Of a DNA stretch of 64,000 nt, positions 37,744 to 47,592 are shown in pieces. The notes below the pieces were generated by a model. The model made no database searches. It was not told the DNA's origin and saw only the letters and a program-made list of their open reading frames with translations. Each line of letters opens with the position of its first letter. Position 1 is the first letter of the stretch. The stretch comes from Gammaproteobacteria bacterium (GTDB lineage Bacteria; Pseudomonadota; Gammaproteobacteria; Poriferisulfidales; Poriferisulfidaceae), in the NCBI GenBank assembly GCA_026706895.1, contig JAPOXW010000015.1, positions 28,475-92,474 of the forward strand, written 5' to 3'. The position numbers and the translations under genes were made by a program.

Positions 37744-38220
37744 TCAACGTGGCCGGTTTTGGACCGGCTCGCGGGGAATTCGTTCCTGAAATCGTAGCAT
37801 GTCCTCGCGTTCAGGTTTCTGCTTGAGCCGGATCCGGTAGCGTTCCGTCACGAACCTCCGGGCCGCCTCGTGCATCAGGTGGTTGGGGTGTTCATTGCAA
37901 TACTTCTCAAGCCATTCGTTGGTGCGGGTGAGCCCGGAGTATTCCGCGATGCTGTACGTGTCGCGCACAAGGTAATTGTATGCGGTGAGGTAACCGGCCA
38001 TCCAACTGTAGTACAGGCCGCGTCCCTCGACTGGCACGTCCAGAAAACTGGTACAGGTATCCAGGCCCAGACCCTGAGCCTTGTACTGCTGGTTCACGTC
38101 GCGTGCGTGCGACAGCGTCGTTGAGGCGCCGAGCAGGATGCCGATCAATCCGCAAACGATCCAACGGCCCTCCCTTCGTCGCAGAACCGAACCGGTTCCC
38201 GCTACCATCATTCTTTGCAT
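37744..38220 (-). CDS. hypothetical exported protein
   Basis: 158 aa counted from the ATG of MQRMMVAG, with a signal-like segment [20 protein letters not shown]. The longer ORF-track version overlaps msrA in another frame. Confidence 0.4.
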   Translation of the reverse strand: MQRMMVAGTGSVLRRREGRWIVCGLIGILLGASTTLSHARDVNQQYKAQGLGLDTCTSFLDVPVEGRGLYYSWMAGYLTAYNYLVRDTYSIAEYSGLTRTNEWLEKYCNEHPNHLMHEAARRFVTERYRIRLKQKPEREDMLRFQERIPREPVQNRPR

Positions 38221-38813
38221 AACGCTTGCAGCGGAAACGGCACACCGGTACCGCCGTGGCCGCAGTAGCCTCCCGGATTCTTGCCCAGGTATTGCTGGTG
38301 GTAAGACTCGGCAAAGTAGAACGTTTCGGACGGGACGATTTCGGTTGTGACCGGATCGCCCCCTTTTGCGGAAAGTACCGCCTGATACAGTTCGATGCTC
38401 CGCTTGGCCAGTTCCTCCTGTTCGCGGTCGGCATAGTACACGCCAGAACGGTACTGGGTGCCAATATCGTTCCCTTGGCGCATTCCCTGAGTCGGATCGT
38501 GGCCCTCCCAGAAACAAGCCAGCAACTCCGTGTAGGCAATCAGGCCGGGATCGTAGACGACGCGTACCGCTTCGGCGTGCCCGGTCTGCCCGGAACACAC
38601 TTCCTCGTAAGTGGGATCCAGAGTTTTTCCGCCGGTATAGCCCACCGCGGTGGTCCATACGCCCTTCAATTGCCAGAAACGCTGTTCCGCCCCCCAGAAG
38701 CATCCCAACGCGAATTCCGCGATTTGCAACTGCACCGGATACGGCGGAGTCAGAGGGTTGCGCGTGAACAGATGCAACTCTCTCGTCTCTTCCATCAGGC
38801 CAGCATCTGTCAT
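38208..38813 (-). CDS. msrA: peptide-methionine (S)-S-oxide reductase
   Basis: [16 protein letters not shown] (the GCFWG active site) and AESYHQQYL. The first ATG (MTDAG) is at 38813. The ORF-track TTG start at 38834 abuts a terminator stem. Confidence 0.92.
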   Translation of the reverse strand: MTDAGLMEETRELHLFTRNPLTPPYPVQLQIAEFALGCFWGAEQRFWQLKGVWTTAVGYTGGKTLDPTYEEVCSGQTGHAEAVRVVYDPGLIAYTELLACFWEGHDPTQGMRQGNDIGTQYRSGVYYADREQEELAKRSIELYQAVLSAKGGDPVTTEIVPSETFYFAESYHQQYLGKNPGGYCGHGGTGVPFPLQALCKE

Positions 38814-38821
38814 CGCCGTCG

Positions 38822-38852
38822 CCCCATAAAACAAGGCCGCCTTGCGGCGGCC
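38822..38852 (-). terminator. rho-independent terminator downstream of the DUF1326 gene
   Basis: The minus strand reads GGCCGCC-GCAA-GGCGGCC followed by TTGTTTTAT. This is a 7-bp GC stem, a tetraloop and a U-rich tail, 60 nt after the stop at 38913. Confidence 0.65.
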
Positions 38853-38912
38853 TGAGTTTTGGAGGTAATAGTTATTATTGTTGTCTGTGAACCCTGACCG
38901 GTCAAATCCTGA

Positions 38913-39524
38913 TCAGTCCGGGCCATAGGTGAAGTTCGAAGCCAAACTTACGGTGCCTGAATGCTCATGGGTGACTCCGTTATCGCTGTACGCCACCTTG
39001 ACGGTATCACTGATCGTGATGTCATTGCCCGGGGCAATGGCCAAGGGTGGGTTGGAAACGATGACCGGGCCTCCGTCGGCACCTTCGACTTCCACGACTT
39101 CGCTCTCTCCGATGCCGTCACCGACTTTCAGGCGACGGGTCTTGCCATCCACGGAGTACTCGATCGAGGTCTGCTTGACGCTGACCACCTCGCCAACCAA
39201 GCTGCACACGACCGCTAAATGGCCGCCGAGTTGGCCTGAGTACATCTGGGTGATGGCATCGAACTGCGCTTCGCTGGCACGCTCATCGACGTACAGGGCT
39301 ACCTTGAAGCCGCCTTCGGTCAGAAGGCCGGGGGCTTGAAGAAACATTGCGACATTGAGATCGTTGATTTCCAGGTCGTCCAGATGGCCTTCGTCGATAT
39401 GCCATCCCAGCAGTGCAGTACAGGTTCCAGTGGTGGGGGGTTTCAGCGTGATGCACGGGCAAATGAGGTCGCACGTGCAGGATTCAAAGTAATTACCTTT
39501 GATGCTCCAGTTGTCTGATGCCAT
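38913..39524 (-). CDS. DUF1326 domain-containing protein
   Basis: 203 aa. The Cys cluster NYFESCTCDLICPC at the N-terminus is characteristic of DUF1326. AGGAGG RBS. Confidence 0.7.
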   Translation of the reverse strand: MASDNWSIKGNYFESCTCDLICPCITLKPPTTGTCTALLGWHIDEGHLDDLEINDLNVAMFLQAPGLLTEGGFKVALYVDERASEAQFDAITQMYSGQLGGHLAVVCSLVGEVVSVKQTSIEYSVDGKTRRLKVGDGIGESEVVEVEGADGGPVIVSNPPLAIAPGNDITISDTVKVAYSDNGVTHEHSGTVSLASNFTYGPD

Positions 39525-39654
39525 GGCTGTTCCTCCTTTTTATTAGAGTACGCGGCGCGTTGTCCGGGTGGGGAGTATAACACGGCCCGAAGCCGTTTGC
39601 GGCAGCCATGCAAGGCCCAAGGCACCTGTTAAAATGCCCGCCGGAGCTTCGCTC

Positions 39655-40479
39655 ATGCCTGCCACCACCTCCACTCCTGAATTCGCGCCCCTGCCGACGG
39701 CTGAACGCTGGACCCTCATCGGCGCCGTCACCGCCGTCACCGCCAGCGGGTGGGGCTGGATGCTGTATATCGACTGGATGATGCGCGACATGATGCGGGG
39801 CGGGCCCTCTATCGCGTGGATGCCTCCGCCCGCCGGAGTCGGTGGCTGGAGCGGATACGACTTCTGGATGCTGTTCGCCATGTGGGCGATCATGATGGTC
39901 GCGATGATGACGCCCACTGCCGTGCCGATGCTGCGGATGTACCGGATCGTACAGCGAAACCGGAGCCGACAAACCTTGGAAATCGTCCCCTGGATGATCT
40001 TTCTGATCGGTTATCTCGCCTCCTGGACCGTGTTTTCCGCAGTGATCTCGGTCGTTCAATGGCCCCTGCACGAATGGGGGCTGCTCGATCCCATGATGGA
40101 CAGCCGAAGCCAGCTGTTCAGCGGCATTTTGCTGATCGTGGCGGGCCTGTACCAGTGGACGCCATGGAAAGACGCCTGCCTCACCCTGTGCCGGACGCCC
40201 ATGCAGTTCCTGCTCGCCCGCTGGAAAGACGGCCAGGCTGGCGCTCTGCAAATGTCTTTTGAACACGGCCTGTATTGCATCGGGTGCTGCTGGGCGCTGA
40301 TGCTGGTCCTGTTCGCCGTCGGCATGATGAACATGTTGTGGGTCGCGGCTATCACGCTTTTCGTGATCGTCGAGAAGGCCCTTCCAAGCCCTGCGCGGCT
40401 GTTCCGAACGATAACCGGTTTGTTGCTGGCCAGCTCGGGGTTCTGGCTGCTGTTGCTCCACTTCCAGGGTCCGACATGA
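39655..40479 (+). CDS. DUF2182 predicted metal-binding integral membrane protein
   Basis: Met-rich TM protein (WMLFAMWAIMMVAMMTPTAVPMLRMY). Start is chosen at the ATG with GGAG 8 nt upstream. In-frame alternatives are at 39634 (ATG) and 39568 (GTG). Confidence 0.65.
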   Translation: MPATTSTPEFAPLPTAERWTLIGAVTAVTASGWGWMLYIDWMMRDMMRGGPSIAWMPPPAGVGGWSGYDFWMLFAMWAIMMVAMMTPTAVPMLRMYRIVQRNRSRQTLEIVPWMIFLIGYLASWTVFSAVISVVQWPLHEWGLLDPMMDSRSQLFSGILLIVAGLYQWTPWKDACLTLCRTPMQFLLARWKDGQAGALQMSFEHGLYCIGCCWALMLVLFAVGMMNMLWVAAITLFVIVEKALPSPARLFRTITGLLLASSGFWLLLLHFQGPT

Positions 40480-41066
40480 GTTCGGCAGGCGAGCAACGGG
40501 TCCGGCGGCTGTTCGAAGACAGCCTTGCGACCCATCGGGATTCCCAGGAACGGCTTGTCGAACCGGTCGCCCAGGCCGGGGCCTTGCTGGCGCAGGCCTT
40601 GTCGGACGGCCGTCGGGTATTGAGCTGCGGCAATGGCGGCTCAGCGGCCGACGCACAGCATTTTGCCGCCGAATTGATCGGTCGCTTTGAGAAGGAACGG
40701 GAGGCCTTGCCCGCTGTCGCCCTGTCCACCGATACCTCGGCGCTCACCGCCATCAGCAACGACTACGGATTTGAACGGGTTTTCAGCCGCCAGGTCGAAG
40801 GGCTTGGGCGGGAAGGCGACATCCTTGTCGCGATCAGCACCAGCGGCAATTCCCCCAACGTCGTGCAGGCCATCGAGGCAGCGCAATCCAGGCAAATGCG
40901 GGTGATCGCCCTCACCGGTCGGGATGGCGGCGCCATTCGTAGCCAGATGCGCGAGAGCGACATTGAACTGTGCGTTCCGTCCGATTCCACGGCCCGGGTC
41001 CAGGAAGTCCACATCCTGATCCTGCACTGCCTGTGCGACCTGACCGATCAACTCGTGCATGAGTGA
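40476..41066 (+). CDS. gmhA: SIS-domain phosphoheptose isomerase (GmhA/DiaA type)
   Basis: VLSCGNGGSAADAQHFAAELIGRFEKEREALPAVALSTDTSALTAISNDYGFERVF, ISTSGNSPNV, RVQEVHILILHCLCDL. The ATG overlaps the DUF2182 stop (ATGA). GmhA and DiaA cannot be told apart by eye. Confidence 0.75.
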   Translation: MSSAGEQRVRRLFEDSLATHRDSQERLVEPVAQAGALLAQALSDGRRVLSCGNGGSAADAQHFAAELIGRFEKEREALPAVALSTDTSALTAISNDYGFERVFSRQVEGLGREGDILVAISTSGNSPNVVQAIEAAQSRQMRVIALTGRDGGAIRSQMRESDIELCVPSDSTARVQEVHILILHCLCDLTDQLVHE

Positions 41067-42447
41067 TCCGGGCTGGCTGGCCGCGCTTCGCGACCTGGTC
41101 GATCCCGAGGATCTGCTCGACGACCCGGCCGACTGCTGGACCTACGGCTACGACAACAGCCGCCAGCACAGTGCCCCGCAGGCTGTAGTTTTCGCCCGCG
41201 AGGCAAGCCAAATCCAAGATCTGGTCCAGTTCTGCCGGGCTCATCGCATCGCCCTGACTGCTCGGGGCCTCGGCACCAACACCACGGGAGCCGCGGTCCC
41301 CCTGCAGCACGGCATCGTCCTCTCCACCGAGCGTATGAACCGGCTCCTGGACATTGATCCACGCGAACAGACTGCGCGGGTTGAACCCGGGCTCATCAAC
41401 CAGCAACTCCAGGATGCCGCAAGTGAATACCAGCTGTTCTGGGCACCGGACCCGTCCAGTTCCCCGTTTTGCACCATCGGCGGCAACCTGGCCTGCAATG
41501 CGGCCGGGCCCCGGGCGCTCAAATATGGCACCACCCGCGACAACACGCTCCAGGTCCGGGCCATCACCGGCGCCGGCGAGTCTCTAAGCGCCGGGACCCT
41601 GACTCGCAAGGGCGTGGTCGGGTTCGATTTGATGCGCCTGCTGATCGGCTCGGAAGGAACGCTGGCGATTTTCACCGAAGCGACCCTGCTGCTGCGCCCG
41701 CGCCCGCAGGCGCTCGCGACCGCACGCGCCGTCTACGCCGACCCCCAACACGCGATGGAAGCCATCGAGACCGTCCTCGCCCAACCCAACCTGCCGTGTG
41801 CGCTGGAATTCATGGATGCTGCCTGCCTGGACCTGATCCGTGACGACGGACAGGTAGAGCTTCCGGAAGATGCTTGTGCCCTCCTCCTGATCGACATTGA
41901 TGGCGATGCCAACCAACTGCCACAGACTTCCACACCCATCGCCCAAGCGGCCTCCACCGAGAAATGCCTGGATTTCCAGATTGCCTTCGGGGATGAGGAA
42001 CGCGAGGCCTTGTGGCAGGCACGGCGCACGCTCTCGCCTGCACTGCGCCGCATCGCTCCCGAGAAAATCAACGAGGATGTCGTGGTTCCGGTCAGTCGGC
42101 TTGCGGAATTGCTGAAAGAACTGGACGGGATTCGTGCGCGTTATGCCATCCCCATTGTCTGCTTTGGGCATGCAGGGTCTGGAAACATCCACGTCAACCT
42201 GATGCCGGACGGCTCAGATGAACGGCGGGAAATCGCCTATCGCTGCCTGGACGAGGTTTTCGGGGCAGTCCTGCGACTCGGAGGCACCCTGTCGGGCGAA
42301 CACGGCGTAGGCATAGCGAAACGGGAGCACATCGCCCGCGAACTGGATCCCGCTTCACTGAAGATGATGCACGCGATCAAGCGCGACTTCGATCCGGACG
42401 GCATCCTCAATCCGGGGAAGAACCTGCCAGATCTGGCCGAAGACTAG
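41059..42447 (+). CDS. FAD-linked oxidase (GlcD / D-lactate dehydrogenase family)
   Basis: 462 aa. An FAD_binding_4-type N-terminal half (LTARGLGTNTTGAAVP) and C-terminal GTLSGEHGVGIAKRE. Confidence 0.8.
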   Translation: MSDPGWLAALRDLVDPEDLLDDPADCWTYGYDNSRQHSAPQAVVFAREASQIQDLVQFCRAHRIALTARGLGTNTTGAAVPLQHGIVLSTERMNRLLDIDPREQTARVEPGLINQQLQDAASEYQLFWAPDPSSSPFCTIGGNLACNAAGPRALKYGTTRDNTLQVRAITGAGESLSAGTLTRKGVVGFDLMRLLIGSEGTLAIFTEATLLLRPRPQALATARAVYADPQHAMEAIETVLAQPNLPCALEFMDAACLDLIRDDGQVELPEDACALLLIDIDGDANQLPQTSTPIAQAASTEKCLDFQIAFGDEEREALWQARRTLSPALRRIAPEKINEDVVVPVSRLAELLKELDGIRARYAIPIVCFGHAGSGNIHVNLMPDGSDERREIAYRCLDEVFGAVLRLGGTLSGEHGVGIAKREHIARELDPASLKMMHAIKRDFDPDGILNPGKNLPDLAED

Positions 42448-42453
42448 GCAGTC

Positions 42454-42954
42454 TCAGGTCCCCGCTTCAGAAAGCTGCTTTCGATACAACTCCGCATCCT
42501 GTTCTGAAAAACAGCAGCAAATCAAGCGGTCAAAATTAGCCTCATGCTGGCGTAACGCTTCCAGCGCGACCCTCGCCGCCTCGGCTTTCGGATAGCCATA
42601 GACCCCGGTGCTGATCGCCGGGAACGCCAACGACCTGAGTTTTTCCTGCTCCGCAAGACGGCAGCTGTTGTGATAGCAGGATGCGAGCAACGCTTCCTCG
42701 CCTCCCTGGCCCCCTTTCCAGATCGGCCCCACCGTGAGAATCACGTGGCGGGCTTTCAAGCCGAAACCAGGCGCAATCTTTGCTTCTCCCGTCTCACATC
42801 CTCCCAAGGTGGCGGTGAACCGAGCCAGTTCCGGGCCTGCCGCACGGTGAATGGCGCCATCCACGCCTCCGCCCGGCATCAGGCTGGCGTTGGCGGCATT
42901 GACGATCGCATCGACCTCCAAGCCGGTGATGTCTCCGACGACGATTTCGATCAT
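42454..42954 (-). CDS. macro-domain protein (O-acetyl-ADP-ribose deacetylase-like)
   Basis: 166 aa. GDITGLEVDAIVNAANASLMPGGGVDGAIHRAAG and AFPAISTGVYGYP. Confidence 0.85.
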   Translation of the reverse strand: MIEIVVGDITGLEVDAIVNAANASLMPGGGVDGAIHRAAGPELARFTATLGGCETGEAKIAPGFGLKARHVILTVGPIWKGGQGGEEALLASCYHNSCRLAEQEKLRSLAFPAISTGVYGYPKAEAARVALEALRQHEANFDRLICCCFSEQDAELYRKQLSEAGT

Positions 42955-42970
42955 GCCGGCTTCGGCCCCA

Positions 42971-43348
42971 TCACTTGACGACTTTCAGATGAGGCGGTCC
43001 TTTAGGCGGGGTCGGGTCCTCATCCGATGGCGATGAAGATTCCCCATCGTCCCAAGGAAATATCAATCCTTCGTTATTTTCCTTGCAAAAGATGCGGGCC
43101 ACCTTTTCCACATCCAGAACCATGTGCTTCGAGACGCCCTGAAACCGGGCATGGAAGCGGATGCTTTCTTCGTCGATCACAAGATCGCGCACCGCCCGAG
43201 GAGAAATGTTGTAGACGGTGAGCTGGTCGTCCTCCAATGCCATTCCGAGCTCGGTGCCTCCATTCCGGATCACCACCATCGGGGTCAGGTCATTGTCGAC
43301 CACCCACTCGTAGATGGCGCGAATCAGGTAGGGGCGATTGGAGGTCAT
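42971..43348 (-). CDS. sspB: ClpXP adaptor / stringent starvation protein B
   Basis: 125 aa. RPYLIRAIYEWVVDNDLTP, and the position after sspA. Confidence 0.9.
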   Translation of the reverse strand: MTSNRPYLIRAIYEWVVDNDLTPMVVIRNGGTELGMALEDDQLTVYNISPRAVRDLVIDEESIRFHARFQGVSKHMVLDVEKVARIFCKENNEGLIFPWDDGESSSPSDEDPTPPKGPPHLKVVK

Positions 43349-43374
43349 CGCCGAATCGGCATGGAGTCAGCCCG

Positions 43375-43983
43375 TCAGGACAGGTGCAGGTCCCGTTCGA
43401 CTTCGGTCAGGCTACGCTGGAAGCACGAACGCGCATAGACCTCGCGGGCGTATTTCCAAAGCGGTCCGGAGCTGCGCGGCATTTCGATCTTGTAGCTTTT
43501 CAGGCGCCACAGGATCGGCGCCAGCGAAGCATCCAGCAAGGTGAAGCTGTCGCTGGTAAAGAATTTCTTGTTTTCCCGCTGCTTGAGTTCCGCTGTCACC
43601 CGGATCAGGAAACTCCGCATGGTGTCCCGGGCAGCGGCGGATTTTTTTGCCCCCGGCGAGTGCAGGTCGTCCAGTTGGCCGTACAGGCGGCGTTCGATTT
43701 CGAGCAGCCAGACCCGTGCCCGCGCCTTGCCGACCGGATCGACCGGCATCAGGGGCGGATGCGGGAACCGGTCATCCAGGTATTCCATGATGATTCGGGG
43801 TTCCGTCAGCATCATTCCCCGGTCAGTAAACGTCGGCGTCGTGCCGTCAGGATTGATGACGGCTAGATCCTCGCGGTGTTGAGGCTCGTCCGTGTATGCG
43901 TACCGGGCCTGTGTCTCCTTCTCGGCCAGAACCATGCGAACCCGGTGACACTGCGGGCACTGGGGAGACGAAAACAAAAGCAT
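43375..43983 (-). CDS. sspA: stringent starvation protein A (GST-like)
   Basis: 202 aa GST fold. Follows the bc1 operon as in many gammaproteobacteria. Confidence 0.88.
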   Translation of the reverse strand: MLLFSSPQCPQCHRVRMVLAEKETQARYAYTDEPQHREDLAVINPDGTTPTFTDRGMMLTEPRIIMEYLDDRFPHPPLMPVDPVGKARARVWLLEIERRLYGQLDDLHSPGAKKSAAARDTMRSFLIRVTAELKQRENKKFFTSDSFTLLDASLAPILWRLKSYKIEMPRSSGPLWKYAREVYARSCFQRSLTEVERDLHLS

Positions 43984-43989
43984 GGCGTT

Positions 43990-44733
43990 TTAGTGGACGT
44001 CCTTCCAATATTCGCGCTTGAGGAAATAGGCGAATCCTCCCAGCACCAGGAGGAACAGCAGCACCCACGTTCCCACGCTTTCGCGCGTCAGCCGCGCCGG
44101 TTCTGAAACATATACCAGAAACGAAGTGAGATCGACCACGAGTCGCTCATACTCTTCGGGAGTCTTCAGCCCCGGGGTCTCAAGCATCAATCCCGTGATG
44201 ACCGGTTTATTTCCGTCTCCATTGTCGGCTTCCTTCCATTCCGCGCGTTGCAGGCCCTGTTCCCGCCACAGCACGTGCGGCATGGTCGTGAACGGGAAGC
44301 GCCAGTTGTTGACGCCCCATGGACGGTCTTCGTCGGCGTAGAACGTCATCAGGTACTGATAGATATAGGTGGCCCCCTTGCGCCGGGCAAGCATGCTCAG
44401 ATCCGGTGGTTTCGCCCCGAACCACCGCTCGGCATCGTCCCGGGACATGGAGATTTCCATTCTTTCGCTGACGCGCCGACCGTTGAAGATCAGGTTGTCC
44501 GCCACCATCTGCATGTCCAGCCCCAGATCCTCTCCGACCCGGCTGTAGCGACTGTATTGCAGCGAATGGCAGCCCATGCAGTAGTTGACGAAGTACTTCG
44601 CGCCCCGCTGCAGGGAAGCCCGGTTGTTGAGATCGATCACCACCTGGTAGCCGGGCAGTTCGGCCCCGACCGCAGCGAATGCGGGCCCGGCCGAGCCCAG
44701 GCACAAGACCGACAGGAAAAGCGCGCGTTTCAT
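43990..44733 (-). CDS. petC: ubiquinol-cytochrome c reductase cytochrome c1 subunit
   Basis: 247 aa. Signal peptide, heme motif CMGCHS, and a C-terminal TM anchor. Confidence 0.9.
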   Translation of the reverse strand: MKRALFLSVLCLGSAGPAFAAVGAELPGYQVVIDLNNRASLQRGAKYFVNYCMGCHSLQYSRYSRVGEDLGLDMQMVADNLIFNGRRVSERMEISMSRDDAERWFGAKPPDLSMLARRKGATYIYQYLMTFYADEDRPWGVNNWRFPFTTMPHVLWREQGLQRAEWKEADNGDGNKPVITGLMLETPGLKTPEEYERLVVDLTSFLVYVSEPARLTRESVGTWVLLFLLVLGGFAYFLKREYWKDVH

Positions 44734-46121
44734 CCGGTCAACCGGTCCGGCACTGGAAGGTCACGTCCCAGTTTCTCGATGCCGCTACCGAAAACCATGA
44801 CGGCCACAAACACAGCCGGCATCAGCCAGCCCAGGAAGACCAGCATTCCGTGTCCAGGTTCCACCCTCACAACGTCGTAGAGACTGATCAGGCCCAAAAC
44901 CACCACCAAGGTCAGCAGGCGTTCCATGTTGCGGCGCGGGCGGCTGAAGAACCAAAGCGCGATGAAGAACAGGAAGTACCATTCGCTGAAGCGCAGCGCG
45001 AGTTCGCTGTACAGCGGGGTCGGCGGATTGAAGCCCAGATAACCCAATGCCGCGAACGTGACCACGAACACGCCCAAGTTGATCTTGTACAGCAGGCTGC
45101 GATAGCGCACGGAACGCACCGGGTTTCGGTCGATCCATGGCAGGAAGAACAGAACCAGGATGGACAACAGCATGGCCAGCGCCCCGAACTGCGGGTCCGG
45201 GATCGCTCGGAGAACCGAATAGAACGGCGTGAAGTACCACACCGGAACGATGTGCTCCGGAGTCAACAGCGGGTTGGCCGGCGTGAAGTTGTCCGGCTCC
45301 AGGAAATAACCGCCCATTTCGGGGGCGAAGAACACTACCAGCGCAAACAGGAACAGGAACGCGACCGATCCCCAAATGTCCTTGACGGTGTAGTACGGGT
45401 GGAACGGGACGCCGTCCAGCGGCTTGCCGTCCGCGTCCTTGTGTTCCTTGATCTCAATGCCGTCGGGATTGTTGGATCCCACTTCATGCAGCGCCATGAT
45501 GTGCAATGCCACCAGCGCCAATAGTGCCAGCGGGATGGCCGACACGTGCAATGCGAAGAATCGGGTCAGGGTTGCGTCGGATATTGCGAAATCGCCACGC
45601 AACCAGATGGCGATGTCCGGGCCGACCCAAGGAATGGTGCTGAACAGGTTGACGATCACCTGCGCGCCCCAGTACGACATGTTGCCCCAGGGCAGCAGGT
45701 AGCCCATGAAAGCTTCCGCCATCAGCGTCATGTACAGGAACATGCCGAGCAGCCAGATCAACTCGCGGGGCGCCTTGAAGGAACCGTACATGATTCCCCG
45801 GAACATGTGCAGGTACACCACGATGAAGAAGAACGACGCACCCGTGGAGTGCATGTACTGGATCAGCCAGCCGAGAGGAACATCACGGCGAATGTATTCA
45901 AGAGAAGCGAACGCGAGTTCCGCGTCCGGCTTGTAGTGCATGGTCAGGAAGATGCCGGTGACGATCTGGATGATCAGCACCAGCAGCGCCAGCGAGCCGA
46001 AAAAGTACCAGAAGTTGAAGTTCTTGGGCGCGTAGTACTTCGCCAGATGATCGTTCCACAGCTGCATCAGCGGGAAACGGGCGTCGATCCAGCCGATCAG
46101 GCCCTCGAAAAGGGATTTCAT
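44730..46121 (-). CDS. petB: ubiquinol-cytochrome c reductase cytochrome b subunit
   Basis: 463 aa. WNFGSL-like YFFGSLALL, the PEWY-equivalent PVWYF, and multiple TM helices. Confidence 0.93.
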   Translation of the reverse strand: MKSLFEGLIGWIDARFPLMQLWNDHLAKYYAPKNFNFWYFFGSLALLVLIIQIVTGIFLTMHYKPDAELAFASLEYIRRDVPLGWLIQYMHSTGASFFFIVVYLHMFRGIMYGSFKAPRELIWLLGMFLYMTLMAEAFMGYLLPWGNMSYWGAQVIVNLFSTIPWVGPDIAIWLRGDFAISDATLTRFFALHVSAIPLALLALVALHIMALHEVGSNNPDGIEIKEHKDADGKPLDGVPFHPYYTVKDIWGSVAFLFLFALVVFFAPEMGGYFLEPDNFTPANPLLTPEHIVPVWYFTPFYSVLRAIPDPQFGALAMLLSILVLFFLPWIDRNPVRSVRYRSLLYKINLGVFVVTFAALGYLGFNPPTPLYSELALRFSEWYFLFFIALWFFSRPRRNMERLLTLVVVLGLISLYDVVRVEPGHGMLVFLGWLMPAVFVAVMVFGSGIEKLGRDLPVPDRLTG

Positions 46122-46717
46122 GCGGGAGCGTCCTCGGGCATCTCGCCGATCAGGATCCGCGTGTCACTGACGAAACGGTACGGCGGCACCCGCAGATTGG
46201 CGTTGGCCGGCACGTGGTCGTACACTCGGCCTGACAAATCAAATCGGGAACCGTGGCAGGCGCAGAAAAATCCACCTTGCCACTCGGGGCCCAAGTCTTC
46301 TGGAGCAGCGTCGGGGCGGTAGGTCGGGTTGCAACCGAGGTGCGTGCAAATGCCGACCAGCACCAGGAACTCCGGATTCAGCGAGCGGTGGGAATTCCGC
46401 GCGAATTCCGGCTGTTGTTCCTGCTCGGAGTGCGGATCCCGGAGGTAGCTGGCTTCAACCTCCAGCGCCGCCACCATCTCGGGCGTACGGCGAATAATCC
46501 AAATCGGCTGTTTGCGCCAGATCAGGTCGATCTTCTGACCCCATTCCATCTGCCCGATATCCACTTCAATCGGGGCGCCTGCCGTACGGGCGCGAGCACT
46601 CGGCGACATGGATGCAATGAACGGCCATATGGCCACTGCGGCACCCGTTCCGCCCACTAGGGCCGTGCTGCCGGTTAAAAACCGGCGGCGGCCCACATCA
46701 ACTGTGTCGTCTGACAT
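46118..46717 (-). CDS. petA: ubiquinol-cytochrome c reductase Rieske iron-sulfur subunit
   Basis: 199 aa. Tat-like RRRFL, with CTHLGC and CACHGS Rieske boxes. Confidence 0.93.
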   Translation of the reverse strand: MSDDTVDVGRRRFLTGSTALVGGTGAAVAIWPFIASMSPSARARTAGAPIEVDIGQMEWGQKIDLIWRKQPIWIIRRTPEMVAALEVEASYLRDPHSEQEQQPEFARNSHRSLNPEFLVLVGICTHLGCNPTYRPDAAPEDLGPEWQGGFFCACHGSRFDLSGRVYDHVPANANLRVPPYRFVSDTRILIGEMPEDAPA

Positions 46718-46833
46718 GTGTCGGGAATTTCTAGGCGATCAAAAAACACAGCCGCCACTCATCTTGCATGTCGGCCGTGTCCGTTCCATTTGCGGCGGCA
46801 AATTTTAACATATAGCGAAATACGGCACCTCTC

Positions 46834-47592
46834 TCAAGCCGGGTTTGAAATCTCGATGAACCGGTGGCGCAACCCGAATTTTTCTTCAAGATGCCGGCCG
46901 ACGGCCTGTACGCCGTAACGCTCGGTCGCGTGATGGCCGCAGGCAAAGTAATGCACCCCGCATTCGCGGGCCGTATGCACGGTCTGCTCGGAAACCTCCC
47001 CGCTGATGAAGGCGTCCAGCCCCAGGCGAGCCGCTTGCTCAATGAACTGCTGCCCGGCACCAGTGCACCATCCAACCGTGGCGATCGGGTCTTCCGTCTC
47101 GGGGCCGGCCCATACCACCGGGTGCTGCAACCGCTCCTCCAGCCTGCTTGCGAATTCCTGCGCTGATTGCGGTTCTTTCAATCGTCCGACCCTTCCGGTC
47201 TCCGGGGCACCGGGCTCCAGAAGACCGGTGACATCCAGATTCAGGCATTCCGCCAACTGGATGTTGTTTCCGAACTTCTCATGCGCGTCCAGCGGCAGAT
47301 GGTAGGCGAACAGGTTGATATCCGAAGCCAGCAGTGTACGGAGCCGCCGCGCCTTCATCCCGGTGACCCTCGCATCTTCGTTGCGCCAGAAATACCCGTG
47401 ATGCACGAGCAAAGCATCGGCACCCTGCTCCTGAGCGGCTTCGATCAGCGCCTGGCTTGCGGTCACGCCCGAGATCAGCGTCTCAATCCGGTCCCGGCCC
47501 TCGACCTGCAATCCATTGGGGCAGTAGTCCGAGAATTCTGAAGGCCGGAGCAACTCGTCCAGATAAACAGAAAGCTCCGTTCGCGCAACCAT
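46834..47592 (-). CDS. Nif3-like dinuclear metal center protein (YbgI family)
   Basis: DYCPNGLQVEG.., LLVHHG, HLPLDAH. The start at MVARTEL overlaps the hisD stop (TAATG). The upstream ORF-track extension lies inside hisD. Confidence 0.8.
   Translation of the reverse strand: MVARTELSVYLDELLRPSEFSDYCPNGLQVEGRDRIETLISGVTASQALIEAAQEQGADALLVHHGYFWRNEDARVTGMKARRLRTLLASDINLFAYHLPLDAHEKFGNNIQLAECLNLDVTGLLEPGAPETGRVGRLKEPQSAQEFASRLEERLQHPVVWAGPETEDPIATVGWCTGAGQQFIEQAARLGLDAFISGEVSEQTVHTARECGVHYFACGHHATERYGVQAVGRHLEEKFGLRHRFIEISNPA

Noticed and set aside
38221-38703. N-terminal extension of the 319-aa minus-strand ORF
   Set aside because: It overlaps msrA, which has the GCFWG active site, in a different frame. 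Only the last 158 codons look like a genuine signal-peptide protein.
39493-40656. 387-aa minus-strand ORF
   Set aside because: It is antisense to the DUF2182 and gmhA genes. The Pro/Arg/Gly/His-rich translation has no motifs.
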